This document shows positions 26,418 through 39,396 of a DNA stretch of 64,000 bases, piece by piece; the first letter of the stretch is position 1, and every line of letters starts with the position of its first letter. The translations under genes and the position numbers were made by a program. The notes under the pieces are model-generated. The model saw only the letters and a list, made by a program, of their open reading frames with translations. It was not told the DNA's origin and ran no database searches. The stretch comes from Candidatus Avilachnospira sp. (GTDB lineage Bacteria; Bacillota; Clostridia; Oscillospirales; Oscillospiraceae). The DNA lies in NCBI GenBank assembly GCA_045579045.1, contig JAZNLL010000027.1, positions 4,724 through 68,723 on the forward strand. Reading direction: 5' to 3'.

Positions 26418-26825
26418 TCAGTTTTTCATCGGTAGCGGGAAGCTTTTTCCGCATTGGGTTCGGTTTTCCTTTTCCAGATACAGGCAGGCGATCAGCTTCA
26501 GAAGCTCTGTGCTGATACCGCCGGAGATCACCTGCTGATAAGCTTCCGTCCGCCGGCGGGTATCTTCGATCCAGAAAAGGCTCTCCCCACCCGTACTGTC
26601 GATCATGGCATCGATCTGCACTTTGTCCATAACAGGTCGGATCTTTGCCAGCAGTTTTTCATTGGACACAGGAACATAGGTCGTACAGGTGGGTGCCGCC
26701 AAGGGTCGCAGGACATAATATTCCTGTTTTTTCACACCGGATTTGGAAAGTGCCTCCTGCCGGATATCTTCAATGGTGCAAATTCCTGTGGTTCCGTATG
26801 ATACCACCTGACCGATCTGAAACAT
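26418..26825 (-). CDS. CarD/CdnL-family transcription factor, reading frame broken near its 3' end
   Basis: MFQIGQVVSYGTTGICTIEDI...EYYVLRP is a CarD_TRCF-type N-terminus. The conserved C-terminus (KKLPATDEKLMASAERLVCEEFAYALQISEKEV...) continues in another frame to 26317. Confidence 0.7.
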   Translation of the reverse strand: MFQIGQVVSYGTTGICTIEDIRQEALSKSGVKKQEYYVLRPLAAPTCTTYVPVSNEKLLAKIRPVMDKVQIDAMIDSTGGESLFWIEDTRRRTEAYQQVISGGISTELLKLIACLYLEKENRTQCGKSFPLPMKN

Positions 26826-26934
26826 AATTCCCTCCTGTGTTCACCGAACAAGCTTCTTTTCTAAATTATAACAGGAGAAAATTAAAATTTCCAAGGCACT
26901 TTTGAACAAAGAATCGGAATTTTCTTTGGAATAA

Positions 26935-27804
26935 TCATGAGCGATTGGAACAAACCGCACCAATGGCATCCGCCAGACGGGCAAATTCTTCCAGAGACAG
27001 AGTCTCACCGCGGACAGTCGGGGCAAAGCCGCAATCCACCAGAACCTGCGTCAGCTGCTCCTTCCCCAGATTTCCAAACACAGCCGAAAGGCCGTTGACC
27101 AGAGTCTTTCTTCTCTGGGCAAAGCTGGCACGGACCACCTTAAAGAACATGGCCTCATCCTGCACATGGCAGGCCGGTTCTTTTCGCACATTCAGATGCA
27201 GCACCGCCGAAGTCACTTTGGGTTGGGGGATAAAGCAGTGGGGCGGCACATCGAACAAAATCTCCGGTTGGGTATAATACTGACAGAACACGGTAAACGC
27301 GCCGTAGGCTGCCGTACCGGGCTTAGCGCAGATTCGCTGTGCCACTTCCTTCTGAACCATAACCGTAACTGTTTCAAAGCACTTGGCTTCCAGAAGCGCC
27401 GCCAGAATGTCGGAAGTGATATAGTAGGGCAGATTTGCACAGGCTTTGATCCGCAGCCCGCCGAATTTTTCCTTCACCAGCGCGGCAATATCCTGCTTCA
27501 GAATATCACCGAAAATGATTTCCAGATTGTCATAGGGTGCCATGGTCTCGGCCAGCACCGGCCTCAGCTTCTGATCCACTTCCACCGCCACCACCTTACC
27601 TGCCCGCAGGCAAAGCTGTTGGGTCAGAGGGCCCATACCGGGACCGATCTCCAGCACACCGCAGCTTTCATCCACACCGACTTCCATGGCAATATTCTGA
27701 GGCACCCAGCTCTGTGTCAGAAAGTTCTGACCCTTTGCCTTGGAAAAATGAAATCCATGGCGCCCCAGCAAATCCTTAATGTCATTGATATTACAAAGAT
27801 CCAT
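26935..27804 (-). CDS. rsmA: 16S rRNA (adenine1518/1519-N6)-dimethyltransferase
   Basis: KAKGQNFL, VLEIGPGMGPLT, ANLPYYIT motifs. Confidence 0.9.
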   Translation of the reverse strand: MDLCNINDIKDLLGRHGFHFSKAKGQNFLTQSWVPQNIAMEVGVDESCGVLEIGPGMGPLTQQLCLRAGKVVAVEVDQKLRPVLAETMAPYDNLEIIFGDILKQDIAALVKEKFGGLRIKACANLPYYITSDILAALLEAKCFETVTVMVQKEVAQRICAKPGTAAYGAFTVFCQYYTQPEILFDVPPHCFIPQPKVTSAVLHLNVRKEPACHVQDEAMFFKVVRASFAQRRKTLVNGLSAVFGNLGKEQLTQVLVDCGFAPTVRGETLSLEEFARLADAIGAVCSNRS

Positions 27805-27878
27805 ATTGATCCGCTCCTTTTATAGCCCCTATGATAACATGGAGGACAGCACCGTGTCAAATGCTGTCCTCCAACTGC

Positions 27879-30119
27879 TTATTGCATCATATAAAGCATT
27901 TTTGCAACCTGCGCCCGGGTCACATTGCCCTGAGGCTGCAGTTTGCCGTCCATGCCGTTGATAATTCCCTTTTCCACCATGGCCGTCATACCGGCCTTCG
28001 CCCAAGCGGACACCTTGCCCGCATCGGCAAACTGGTCAAGGGCATCGGATTCGGAAGAAACAGAGATGCTTCTTGCCAGCATGGTCATGGCAGCTTCTCT
28101 GGTAATGGTAGCCGTAGGCTGGGCATAGAGGCTGTCGCCCTTACCGCTTCCGGTAAACCAGCCGAGGCCGTAAGCCGCCTTGACCGCATCCACCGCCCAG
28201 GAGGCAATGGCATCGGCATCGTCAAAGGGCAGCTCTTCCTCTGCGTATTTCTCCACCTTCACACCGGAGGCGCGAACCATAGAAACCACAAATTCCTGTC
28301 TGGTCATGGAGTCATCGGGGCGATAATAAACAATGCCGTCCGTACCGCCGGAGCCCTGTACCACACCCTTGAAGTACAGTTGTGCAATGGGACTTCTGGC
28401 CCAATGGTTCCGGGTATCGGCAAAGGGATTTTCCCGCACTTCCACAGCAACGGTCTTGGTCAGCTGACCGCAGGAAACGCTCAGCGTTCCCTTTCCCTCG
28501 GAAGCAGCCGCAAACACACCTTCGGCATCTACCGTTCCGAGGCTCTCATCCACATGCCAGTTAAAGGAAGCATCTCTGGCCGCCAGGTCCATGCCAAGAT
28601 ATTCCGCCTCCACCGTCAGATCCAGCGTACCGCCGGTCTCCATCAAAATTTCCTTCACTTCTCTGCCGGTGGCAGAATCCAGAACCGTCATGGAAGAAGG
28701 TGTCTGCACCACATTGATCTCCGTAAAACCGGTAATGCCGCCGGCTTGTGCCGTCACACGGGCTGTGCCCGGTGCAGAAGCCGTAAAGGTCATCCCATCC
28801 ACAGTACCGTTGGAAGCAGAATAAACTACACCGGCGGGCACCTGTGCGGCGCGATAATCGGCATCGGTGGCCTTCACGGAAAGCTCCACCTGTCCGCCGG
28901 GCAAAACCGCAGCATCATAGGGATACAGGTGCAGTCTGGCTGCCGCACCTGCCATAGCCTCCTGCCGTACAAAGAACAGGAAGTTGGCACAGGGGCGCTG
29001 TGCTCCGTCAGCAGGGTCGTTGATAATCGAAAATGCCGTATCACCGGGTAGGGTCACACCTGCCGTGGTAGAGCCGCCTCCATCCAGATTAAGAGCTTTC
29101 ACACAGCCCAGTTCTACCATCCGCTGAGCCAGTTCCGCCAGCGTCAGACCTTCCGAGCCGCTGCTCTTATCTGCCGTATAGCAGACTACCTCACCGTTGG
29201 CCTTGACACCGATGGCCGTTCTGGCGGCAGGCCGCTTGGCACTTTCCAGCGTAAATTCCGTCAAAGCCTTGCCGTTTTCCACCAACAGGTCACCGCCGCC
29301 GACTGCATATCGGACATTCTCGCAGCCCCGATTGACGGTTGTGGAAATAATCACCTTATCGCCAACAGCGAGCTGTTTCATCTGTTCCATCGCCGTGGCA
29401 TAATTGGTATCCGTTGCCAAAGACAGAACAAAGCAGCCCTGCGGAATGGAGCAGGAAGCCGTTTCGGGAATGATCTGTTTGACCACCGCCCGCACCTGAT
29501 CGGAAACCGTCAGCTGCTCCCGCTCTGCCTCCAAAATCACATTGTAGGCAGAAATTCCGTTTTTGGTGCGAACATCGTAATCCTTGGAATACAGGCAGTA
29601 GCCGTTCTGCTTGCTGAGGGCCTTGTTGTAGTTGAGATCAATGGTCTGATCATTCCACAGCATGCTCACCTTCAGCATGGGCCGGGTGATTTCCAGCCTG
29701 CTGTATTCATCGATACAGACCGTATGTCCGTCACCGCTGCTGCGAAGAATACCATCCGTAACCACCATGCCGTAAGGGATGCCCGTGGACATGTCGAAGA
29801 AAGCCGCATTGACGGCAGCGGCAGCGGAAAGGTTCTGCTCATCCAGATATTCCCGGATATACTCCATGGTACTGCGTCCGTAAAGGGTGTCGCCGTAGAC
29901 CACAACAGGCTGCACTTCTCCCCCGGGTGTATAGGACAAAATCTTCTCCCGGACAGAAGCCTCCTGCTGCTGAGAATATGTAGCACTCAAAACAAGGTCA
30001 CGGGTCAGCTGCAAGTCACTTTTGTGAAGCACCTGCGCCGCTGCACCCTGTGTCAGAAGGCAGACTGCCAGCGCAGCAGCTGCCGTCCGTCTGAGCCATT
30101 GTTTACGCATAAATGTCAC
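27879..30119 (-). CDS. Secreted phosphodiester glycosidase (NAGPA/DUF2233-like) with Ig-like repeats and three C-terminal SLH domains
   Basis: Signal peptide. ALNLDGGGSTT core. C-terminal repeats FADTRNHWA..., FDDADAIASWA..., FADAGKVSAWA... are typical SLH. Confidence 0.7.
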   Translation of the reverse strand: MTFMRKQWLRRTAAAALAVCLLTQGAAAQVLHKSDLQLTRDLVLSATYSQQQEASVREKILSYTPGGEVQPVVVYGDTLYGRSTMEYIREYLDEQNLSAAAAVNAAFFDMSTGIPYGMVVTDGILRSSGDGHTVCIDEYSRLEITRPMLKVSMLWNDQTIDLNYNKALSKQNGYCLYSKDYDVRTKNGISAYNVILEAEREQLTVSDQVRAVVKQIIPETASCSIPQGCFVLSLATDTNYATAMEQMKQLAVGDKVIISTTVNRGCENVRYAVGGGDLLVENGKALTEFTLESAKRPAARTAIGVKANGEVVCYTADKSSGSEGLTLAELAQRMVELGCVKALNLDGGGSTTAGVTLPGDTAFSIINDPADGAQRPCANFLFFVRQEAMAGAAARLHLYPYDAAVLPGGQVELSVKATDADYRAAQVPAGVVYSASNGTVDGMTFTASAPGTARVTAQAGGITGFTEINVVQTPSSMTVLDSATGREVKEILMETGGTLDLTVEAEYLGMDLAARDASFNWHVDESLGTVDAEGVFAAASEGKGTLSVSCGQLTKTVAVEVRENPFADTRNHWARSPIAQLYFKGVVQGSGGTDGIVYYRPDDSMTRQEFVVSMVRASGVKVEKYAEEELPFDDADAIASWAVDAVKAAYGLGWFTGSGKGDSLYAQPTATITREAAMTMLARSISVSSESDALDQFADAGKVSAWAKAGMTAMVEKGIINGMDGKLQPQGNVTRAQVAKMLYMMQ

Positions 30120-30269
30120 TCCTTTTCTCGAAGAGATGGTTTTATGTTAACATAATTTCCGCAGATTGTAAAGACCGCGGGAATTGTTCACAAATTATCC
30201 TTTTTTTGTGCCTTTATTTGTGATAGAATAATCGGAAAGAAATTATTTTCCCCTGAAAGGAATTTAAAT

Positions 30270-33014
<2,745 letters not shown>

Positions 33015-33027
33015 TTTCGGAGGCATT

Positions 33028-33819
33028 ATGTTTCACGATATCAAAATCGGCTCTCTGGAATATCATACTGCCGATGCCTTAGAAGGCAGCATCCATTGCT
33101 TCTCCACCCGTATGGGCGGTGTCAGCGAAGGAGATTTAAGCTCTCTCAATTTGGGTGTCCATCGTGGTGACAAATTTGAAAATGTGGTAAAAAACTATGA
33201 AATTCTGGGTAATGCCGTTGGCTTTTCCCCGGATCAGACGGTTTTTACCATGCAGCGCCACACAGATATCGTCCGCGTGGTGACGGAAGAACATTGCGGC
33301 GAAGGTCTTTACCGAGACGTTCCCGGTCCCTGTGACGGACAGATTACCGACAGACCCGGTGTGGCTCTGGTGACCTTCTCTGCCGACTGCACACCGATTT
33401 TGTTCTTTGATCCCGTCCGTAAGTCCATCGGTGCCGTTCATGCCGGTTGGCGCGGTACCGCCCTTGGCATTGCCGCCAAAGCCGTGGATGCCATGGTGCG
33501 GGAATTCGGCTGCAACCGGGAAGATATCCGTGCCGCCATCGGTCCCTGTATCGGCAAATGCTGCTTTGAAACCGATGCAGATGTGCCGCAGGCCATGCTG
33601 GATGCCCTCGGCCCCAAAGCCATTACCGGCATCACCCAAAAGGGTGAGAAATACTACGTGGACAACAAGTTCATGAATACCCTCTGGCTCCAGCGGGCCG
33701 GAGTGGGCGAACTGGATATCGCCCCCCAATGCACCCGCTGCCAGCCGGATCGCTACTGGTCCCATCGTGCTGTGGGTGACCGCAGAGGTTCTCTTGCGGG
33801 TATCATTATGCTGAAATGA
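33028..33819 (+). CDS. pgeF: Purine nucleoside phosphorylase / peptidoglycan editing factor, YfiH/PgeF (laccase-domain) family
   Basis: SADCTPILFFD, AVHAGWRG, CIGKCCFE, SHR motifs. Confidence 0.8.
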   Translation: MFHDIKIGSLEYHTADALEGSIHCFSTRMGGVSEGDLSSLNLGVHRGDKFENVVKNYEILGNAVGFSPDQTVFTMQRHTDIVRVVTEEHCGEGLYRDVPGPCDGQITDRPGVALVTFSADCTPILFFDPVRKSIGAVHAGWRGTALGIAAKAVDAMVREFGCNREDIRAAIGPCIGKCCFETDADVPQAMLDALGPKAITGITQKGEKYYVDNKFMNTLWLQRAGVGELDIAPQCTRCQPDRYWSHRAVGDRRGSLAGIIMLK

Positions 33820-33820
33820 G

Positions 33821-35422
33821 GTGAAAATATTGAAACAGCGACTGCTCTGCCTTTTGGCCCTGCTGCTGGCTCTGTGCCTGCTGTGCGGCTGTTCCGATAT
33901 TTCCAGCTTTGATATCACCTCCTTCCTCACCGGTGAAGAGACCCAAACGGAAGAACCCGCTCCCGAGGAAGAAGCGGAGCCCATGCCGGAAATGGCTGCC
34001 GATGCGGTTTTGCAGGATGTAGAAACATTGGACGTTCTGCGCCTGGGCTATCAGGAAAGCTACGGGCTCAACCCTTTCACCACCGTCAGCCTGTGCAACC
34101 GGGCCATCACCTGTCTGCTCTATGAGTCTTTGTACATGGTCAATGCCCAGTTCAAAGCCGTCCCTGTGCTGGCGGAAGAAACCGCCGTTTCCGAGGACGG
34201 ACGGACGACCACCATCATCCTGCGGAAGGGTGTGACCTTTCACAACGGCAAACCTCTGACGGCGCAGGATGTGGTCTATTCCTATGAGACTGCAAAAAAC
34301 AGCGACTACTACGGCAACCGTTTCTATCACATCGATGAATTCGTTGCCGATAACGACCGCACCATTATCGTCAAAACCGACACATCCTACGAAGCCGTTT
34401 CCCTGCTGCTGGATTTCCCTGTGGTACAGTTTGGAACCGGTGCAGATGCCGTACCTTTGGGTACCGGCCCCTTCGTCTATGACGATAGCTATCAGCTGCA
34501 GCCCTATGAAAACTGGTGGCAGGAGGAATTCCCCATTCCCTGCAACTCTGTGGAACTGACCCCCTGCACCACCTCTGCCAATCTTCGTGACCAGTTTGAA
34601 TACGGCAAGATCAATCTGGTCTGGTCTGACCCCAATTCTGCCGCCTATGCCAGCTTCCATAACGATTCGGAAAGCTGGTACTCTCCCACCACCGTCATGC
34701 AGTATATCGGCTTCAACAGCAACAAGAAAGCCTTTTCCCACGCTGCCGTCCGTTCCTGTCTGACCTATGCCATCGATCGGGAGACCATCATCTCCGAGTT
34801 CATGGGCGGTTCTGCCGAAGCGGCCTCTCTGCCGGCTTCTCCCCTGTCCGCCTGCTATGACAAAGGTCTGGCAGCTACCTATGATTACGATCTGGATGAT
34901 TTTCAGGAAATGCTGGATGATGCCCAGATCAAGGACTATACCGGCGACGGTATTCTGGATGTCTACCACAAAGGCTATGCCGTGCCTTTGGAAGGCACCA
35001 TGATTGTCACCGCCGGCAATACCCAGCGGCGCATGACTGCCGAGCGAATTGCAAGTGATCTGAATCGGCTGGGCTTTGATATCACCGTGAAGGTTCTGGA
35101 TCACGATGCCTTTGCCAGCGCGCTGAAATACAACAATTACGATCTGTACTTCGGCGAAATCCGTCTCTCCGCCAATTTCGATCTGGGACCCTTCTTCCGC
35201 AATGGCGGCTCTGTGGCCTACGGCGGCATGGAAAGCGGTTCCGCCATCGACCTGTGCGCCGGACTGTTGGAAAACTCCGGCAATGCCTATGACCTGCACA
35301 AGCGGGTCATGGATCAAGGCTATCTCTGTCCCATCCTCTTCAAAAGCTATACCGTCTATACCACCCGCGGTGCCGCACAGGAACTGGAACCTGCGCTGGA
35401 CTGGGTGATCTACAAGCCCTGA
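33821..35422 (+). CDS. ABC transporter substrate-binding lipoprotein (family 5, peptide/nickel type)
   Basis: GTG start. Lipobox LLCGCS. Body resembles SBP_bac_5 (TFHNGKPLTAQDVVYSY). Confidence 0.7.
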   Translation: MKILKQRLLCLLALLLALCLLCGCSDISSFDITSFLTGEETQTEEPAPEEEAEPMPEMAADAVLQDVETLDVLRLGYQESYGLNPFTTVSLCNRAITCLLYESLYMVNAQFKAVPVLAEETAVSEDGRTTTIILRKGVTFHNGKPLTAQDVVYSYETAKNSDYYGNRFYHIDEFVADNDRTIIVKTDTSYEAVSLLLDFPVVQFGTGADAVPLGTGPFVYDDSYQLQPYENWWQEEFPIPCNSVELTPCTTSANLRDQFEYGKINLVWSDPNSAAYASFHNDSESWYSPTTVMQYIGFNSNKKAFSHAAVRSCLTYAIDRETIISEFMGGSAEAASLPASPLSACYDKGLAATYDYDLDDFQEMLDDAQIKDYTGDGILDVYHKGYAVPLEGTMIVTAGNTQRRMTAERIASDLNRLGFDITVKVLDHDAFASALKYNNYDLYFGEIRLSANFDLGPFFRNGGSVAYGGMESGSAIDLCAGLLENSGNAYDLHKRVMDQGYLCPILFKSYTVYTTRGAAQELEPALDWVIYKP

Positions 35423-35434
35423 AAGGAGTCTGCC

Positions 35435-35779
35435 ATGGAAGCCCTGCGACCCGTTCTCAGTATCCGTATCCATCGCAATGAAAAGTGTTTCGGACCCGGT
35501 GTAGCGCAGCTGCTGCGTCAGGTACAGGCAAGCCATTCCCTCCGAGGCGCAGCTATGACCATGGGTATGGCCTATTCCAAAGCTTGGACGGTCATGCGCC
35601 GCAGTGAGCAGGAACTGGGCTTTCCTCTGCTGGTCTATACCACCGGCGGTAAGCACGGCGGCGGCGCTACATTGACCCCGGAAGCTGAAAACCTCCTGGA
35701 GGCTTATGAACGCTATTGCAAAAAAGTCCGTGAAACAGCGGAAAGCTGCTTCACGGAAGAATTCCGGGAGTTTCTATGA
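35435..35779 (+). CDS. ModE-N-terminal-like winged-helix regulator
   Basis: GPGVAQLLRQVQASHSLRGAAMTMGMAYSKAW...GGKHGGGATLT matches the ModE/LysR-type HTH_1 N-domain. Confidence 0.65.
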   Translation: MEALRPVLSIRIHRNEKCFGPGVAQLLRQVQASHSLRGAAMTMGMAYSKAWTVMRRSEQELGFPLLVYTTGGKHGGGATLTPEAENLLEAYERYCKKVRETAESCFTEEFREFL

Positions 35780-36024
35780 ACTGGTATGTCTATATGCTCC
35801 GCTGCAAAGACGGCAGCCTCTACACCGGCTATACCGACGACCCGGAGCGGCGGGAGGCCGTACACAACGCCGGCAAAGGTGCCAAATACACCCGAAGCCG
35901 CCTGCCTGTGAAGCTGGTATATCGGGAGTGTTATGAGGAAAAATCCGAAGCACTGCGCCGGGAAATTGCCATCAAAAAACTCAGCAAACTGCAAAAAGAA
36001 GCACTGATTAAGGAGAAACCATGA
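35776..36024 (+). CDS. GIY-YIG nuclease-family protein (UPF0213)
   Basis: WYVYMLRCKDGSLYTGYTDD...R..H..GKGAKYT...E..IKK. Confidence 0.8.
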   Translation: MNWYVYMLRCKDGSLYTGYTDDPERREAVHNAGKGAKYTRSRLPVKLVYRECYEEKSEALRREIAIKKLSKLQKEALIKEKP

Positions 36025-37736
36025 GTTTATCTTCTGCCAATCGTACCTTACAGATGCTCTCCCGTTTGATGGACACAGAGCATCCTACAGAAACATATTT
36101 TGAAATGGGTGTGCAAAAACCTGCCATTGAAGCAGGCCGCAGTACCCAGCCCTTGCCCTGCGTTTCTCCGGAACGGCAGGGCATTTCTTCCCGCCATATT
36201 GCCAGTTTTCTCCGGGCCTTGGAGACAGAGCCGACCCTTCGGATGCACAGTCTGCTGATCCTGCGGAATGGCAAGCTCCTCTGTAAAGCCGCCTTCGGTG
36301 CAAGAGACACGGAACTTCCCCGAATGACCTTCTCCGCCTGTAAAAGCGTCACCGCGCTGGCAGTGGGACTTCTGATGGATGACGGTCTTTTGTCCCCGGA
36401 GGACAAGCTGACAGAGCTGTTCCCCCATGACTGCGGACCTGTCAGCCGCAGGCTTATGAAGGACCTGACCGTTCACCATCTGCTGACCATGCAGACGGGC
36501 AACCTGTTCAACGAGGCTGCCTCCATGACAGAACCGAATTGGACCAAGGGTTTCTTCACCTCTCCCGGTCTGGAAACCTCCCGAAAATTCCAATACAACA
36601 GTCTCAACACCTATTTGCTGGCAGTCTTGGTCACAAGGCTCACAGGCATGAGCCTCACCGATTTTCTCACCAAGCGGCTGTTTGCGCCCATGGGCATCGC
36701 GGATTTCTATTGGGAAGCCAGCCCGGAGGGCATCGAAAAAGGCGGCTGGGGACTGTATCTCAGACCGGAGGACCTCGGAAAGCTGGGACAGCTGGTCATG
36801 GACGGCGGTCTGTGGCGCGGCAAGCAGCTGATCTCCGCCGAATTTATTGCCAAAGCCACGCAGGCCCACGTGCAAGTACCGGACTCCTACGGCGATTTCA
36901 ATTACGGCTGGCAAATTTGGGTAGGCCGGGAGAAAAACACCTTCCTGTTCAACGGCATGCTGGGGCAGAATGTACTGGGGTTCCGTGACAGCGGCATCAT
37001 TCTTGTCTCCCACGCAGGCAACGATGAAGCCTTCCAGACCAGCGCCTACTATCGGCTGGCACAGGAATATTTCGGCGGCAGTTTCCCCGACCGCCTGCCC
37101 GTCAATTTCTTTGGAGAAATCCATCTGCGGCAAACTGTCCGCTCTCTGAAGGCCAAGTCCAATCCCGTACCGACTGTAAAAGAATGGAAAAAGTTTTCCA
37201 ATATTCGGTTTTCGGTTGCAGACTCTCAGGCTGCTTCTGCCGGTCTGCTTCCCTTGATTTTGCAGACGGTGGAAGGCTGTTTTTCCAAGGGTTTACAGGC
37301 AATTTCTCTGGAGGGCACACGAACCGCCCCGGAACTGATTTATGAGGAATCCGATCAGGTTCATCACCTTCGCTGCGGGATCAGAAGCCCCATTCGCCAG
37401 ACAGTCCACTACCACGGAAACAGCTTTGAAGCATCGGTGCAGGCGCGGTTTACCCACGATGAAAACGAAAACCCGGTGCTGCGAATTCAGATCGATTTTC
37501 CGGAAACACCCTGCACCCGAATTCTGAAAATCATTCACAGTGGGCAAGGTGTTTTCCTGCGGCAGGAGGAAACGCCCGGTGCCGATTTTCTCGCCGGGAT
37601 GGTGAGTAATGCGGTTTTCTCCGGAGCGGCAAAAACGGTCATTTCTGCTGTTTTGGGCAGTTCGGAACAGGGTTTTCTTCGCTGGAAAATCGAAAAAATG
37701 TTCCGGCAGACCATGAAATTGACCCAAGAATCATAA
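36021..37736 (+). CDS. Serine hydrolase of the beta-lactamase/transpeptidase-like family
   Basis: SxxK as FSACKSVTALAVG, plus a ~200 aa C-terminal extension. Confidence 0.65.
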   Translation: MSLSSANRTLQMLSRLMDTEHPTETYFEMGVQKPAIEAGRSTQPLPCVSPERQGISSRHIASFLRALETEPTLRMHSLLILRNGKLLCKAAFGARDTELPRMTFSACKSVTALAVGLLMDDGLLSPEDKLTELFPHDCGPVSRRLMKDLTVHHLLTMQTGNLFNEAASMTEPNWTKGFFTSPGLETSRKFQYNSLNTYLLAVLVTRLTGMSLTDFLTKRLFAPMGIADFYWEASPEGIEKGGWGLYLRPEDLGKLGQLVMDGGLWRGKQLISAEFIAKATQAHVQVPDSYGDFNYGWQIWVGREKNTFLFNGMLGQNVLGFRDSGIILVSHAGNDEAFQTSAYYRLAQEYFGGSFPDRLPVNFFGEIHLRQTVRSLKAKSNPVPTVKEWKKFSNIRFSVADSQAASAGLLPLILQTVEGCFSKGLQAISLEGTRTAPELIYEESDQVHHLRCGIRSPIRQTVHYHGNSFEASVQARFTHDENENPVLRIQIDFPETPCTRILKIIHSGQGVFLRQEETPGADFLAGMVSNAVFSGAAKTVISAVLGSSEQGFLRWKIEKMFRQTMKLTQES

Positions 37737-37766
37737 AAAAGAGAGCCTTTTCGGCTCTCTTTTTTG
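37735..37766. terminator. Bidirectional terminator
   Basis: AAAAAAGAGAGCC-TTTTC-GGCTCTCTTTTTT. Confidence 0.8.
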
Positions 37767-37787
37767 CAAAATTTTTCAAAAATTTTC

Positions 37788-39092
37788 TTATTTTTCCCGG
37801 TTTTTGGCCTCTTCCAGCTTGATCTGGCGGCGGTTCACCACATGGGCTTCCTTGGGCTTGATATCGCCGGCCTTGGTCAGAGCCCACTTGGTGCACATGG
37901 GTCCAAAGATCTCATAGACCAGCACGGAGAACAAAATGATGTTCCGAATGAGGTCACCTTCTGCGCCCAGCTGCTTGGCGGTCAGGCACATACCCAATGC
38001 CACACCGGCCTGGGGCAGCAGGGTGATGCCCAGATACTTGCAGATCTCGGGGCTGCACTTGGTCCACTTGGCACTCCAGCCGGCACCGAAATACTTGCCC
38101 AGAGAACGGAAGATAATGTAAACCAGACCAATGCCCACAATGGCAATATCCGTAAACACGCTCAGCTCCAGTTCTGCACCGCTGACCACGAAGAACAGGG
38201 CAAACAAGGGAGAAGTCCACTTATCGGACTTTTCCATCAGATCGTGGGACAGGGGGCAGAGGTTACAGAAGGCTGTACCCAGCATCATACAAACCAGCAA
38301 AGAGGAGAAGCCCACATGGACAGGGCCGATATGGAACTCCAGCATGGACAAAGCTGCCGTCAGAAATACGAAGGCAATCGTCATGTTCAGACGGTTGGTG
38401 TTGGAGTTGAAGAGCTTTTCCAGCTGGGTCAGCACCCAGCCCAGGAAAGCACCCAGGGTCAAGGACACCGCAATCTCCACAATGGGATTGACCAGAATAG
38501 AGATCAGATCCACAGTGCCGCTGACCAGAGACTTGGCGATACCGAAGGACACAGCAAAGACCACCAGACCCACAGCGTCATCCAAGGCAACGATGGGCAG
38601 CAGCAGATCCGTCAGAGGACCTTTGGCCTTATACTCACGGACGACCATCAAGGTGGCGGCAGGAGCTGTGGCCGTAGCGATAGCACCCAGAGTCAAAGCC
38701 TGCGCCATGGTGATCTTATCCGGCATGAGGAAATGCAAACCGATAAGAACCGCATCCACCACCAGTGCTGCCAGAAATGCCTGGAACACACCGATGACTG
38801 CAGCCTGACGACCGGTCTTTTTCAGATCTTCCAGACGGAACTCGTTGCCGATGGAAAATGCGATAAAGGCCAGAGCCACCTCAGACACCAAAGACAGGCG
38901 GCTGACGGCTTCGGCACTGGAGAAACCCAGACCTTCGATACCAACAGCACCCAGACAGTAAGGGCCGATGAGGACACCGGCTACCAGATAAGCCGTGACG
39001 GCAGGCAAGTTCCATTTCTTGAACACACGGGTCATCAAAAGACCTGCCAGCATGGCAATGGACACAGACAGCAAGGTTGACATAATATTCAC
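37788..39092 (-). CDS. Cation:proton antiporter (CPA2/Kef-like)
   Basis: 434 aa polytopic protein. N-terminus LPAVTAYLVAGVLIGPYCLG is typical of the Na_H_Exchanger family. Confidence 0.75.
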   Translation of the reverse strand: MNIMSTLLSVSIAMLAGLLMTRVFKKWNLPAVTAYLVAGVLIGPYCLGAVGIEGLGFSSAEAVSRLSLVSEVALAFIAFSIGNEFRLEDLKKTGRQAAVIGVFQAFLAALVVDAVLIGLHFLMPDKITMAQALTLGAIATATAPAATLMVVREYKAKGPLTDLLLPIVALDDAVGLVVFAVSFGIAKSLVSGTVDLISILVNPIVEIAVSLTLGAFLGWVLTQLEKLFNSNTNRLNMTIAFVFLTAALSMLEFHIGPVHVGFSSLLVCMMLGTAFCNLCPLSHDLMEKSDKWTSPLFALFFVVSGAELELSVFTDIAIVGIGLVYIIFRSLGKYFGAGWSAKWTKCSPEICKYLGITLLPQAGVALGMCLTAKQLGAEGDLIRNIILFSVLVYEIFGPMCTKWALTKAGDIKPKEAHVVNRRQIKLEEAKNREK

Positions 39093-39261
39093 CCATTCCT
39101 ATATTTTTAACCTCACACAGTATACTATTTTATGCATAAAAATACTGCCCAAAGTTTCGTTATGTTGCACAGATAATTTGTGCAGAATTTTGTAATTTTC
39201 CCCAAGATTTTTAGAGTTGCTTTATTGACAGAAATGCACTTTTCAGTTAAGATAAGTGCAA

Positions 39262-39362
39262 GGACTTCTGTAACTGACGGAAATGTGGAGCACCACAGGG
39301 GAGCAGAAGTTGATATTTGCCGACCGTCTGGGCTGTTCTGAGGAGATTTCCGTCAGAACTGC
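39262..39362 (+). promoter_or_regulatory. ZTP (pfl-motif) riboswitch with terminator expression platform
   Basis: P1 CUUCUG (39265..39270) / CAGAAG (39304..39309). ACUGACGGAAAUGUGGAGCACCACAGGGGAGC core. 3' subdomain CCGACCGUCUGGGC (39319..39333) whose CCGUC can pair with GACGG. GUUCUGA...UCAGAAC hairpin + U-rich tail before purO. Confidence 0.8.
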
Positions 39363-39396
39363 CCTTATTTTTATTATTTTTATGAGGTGAAGGATC

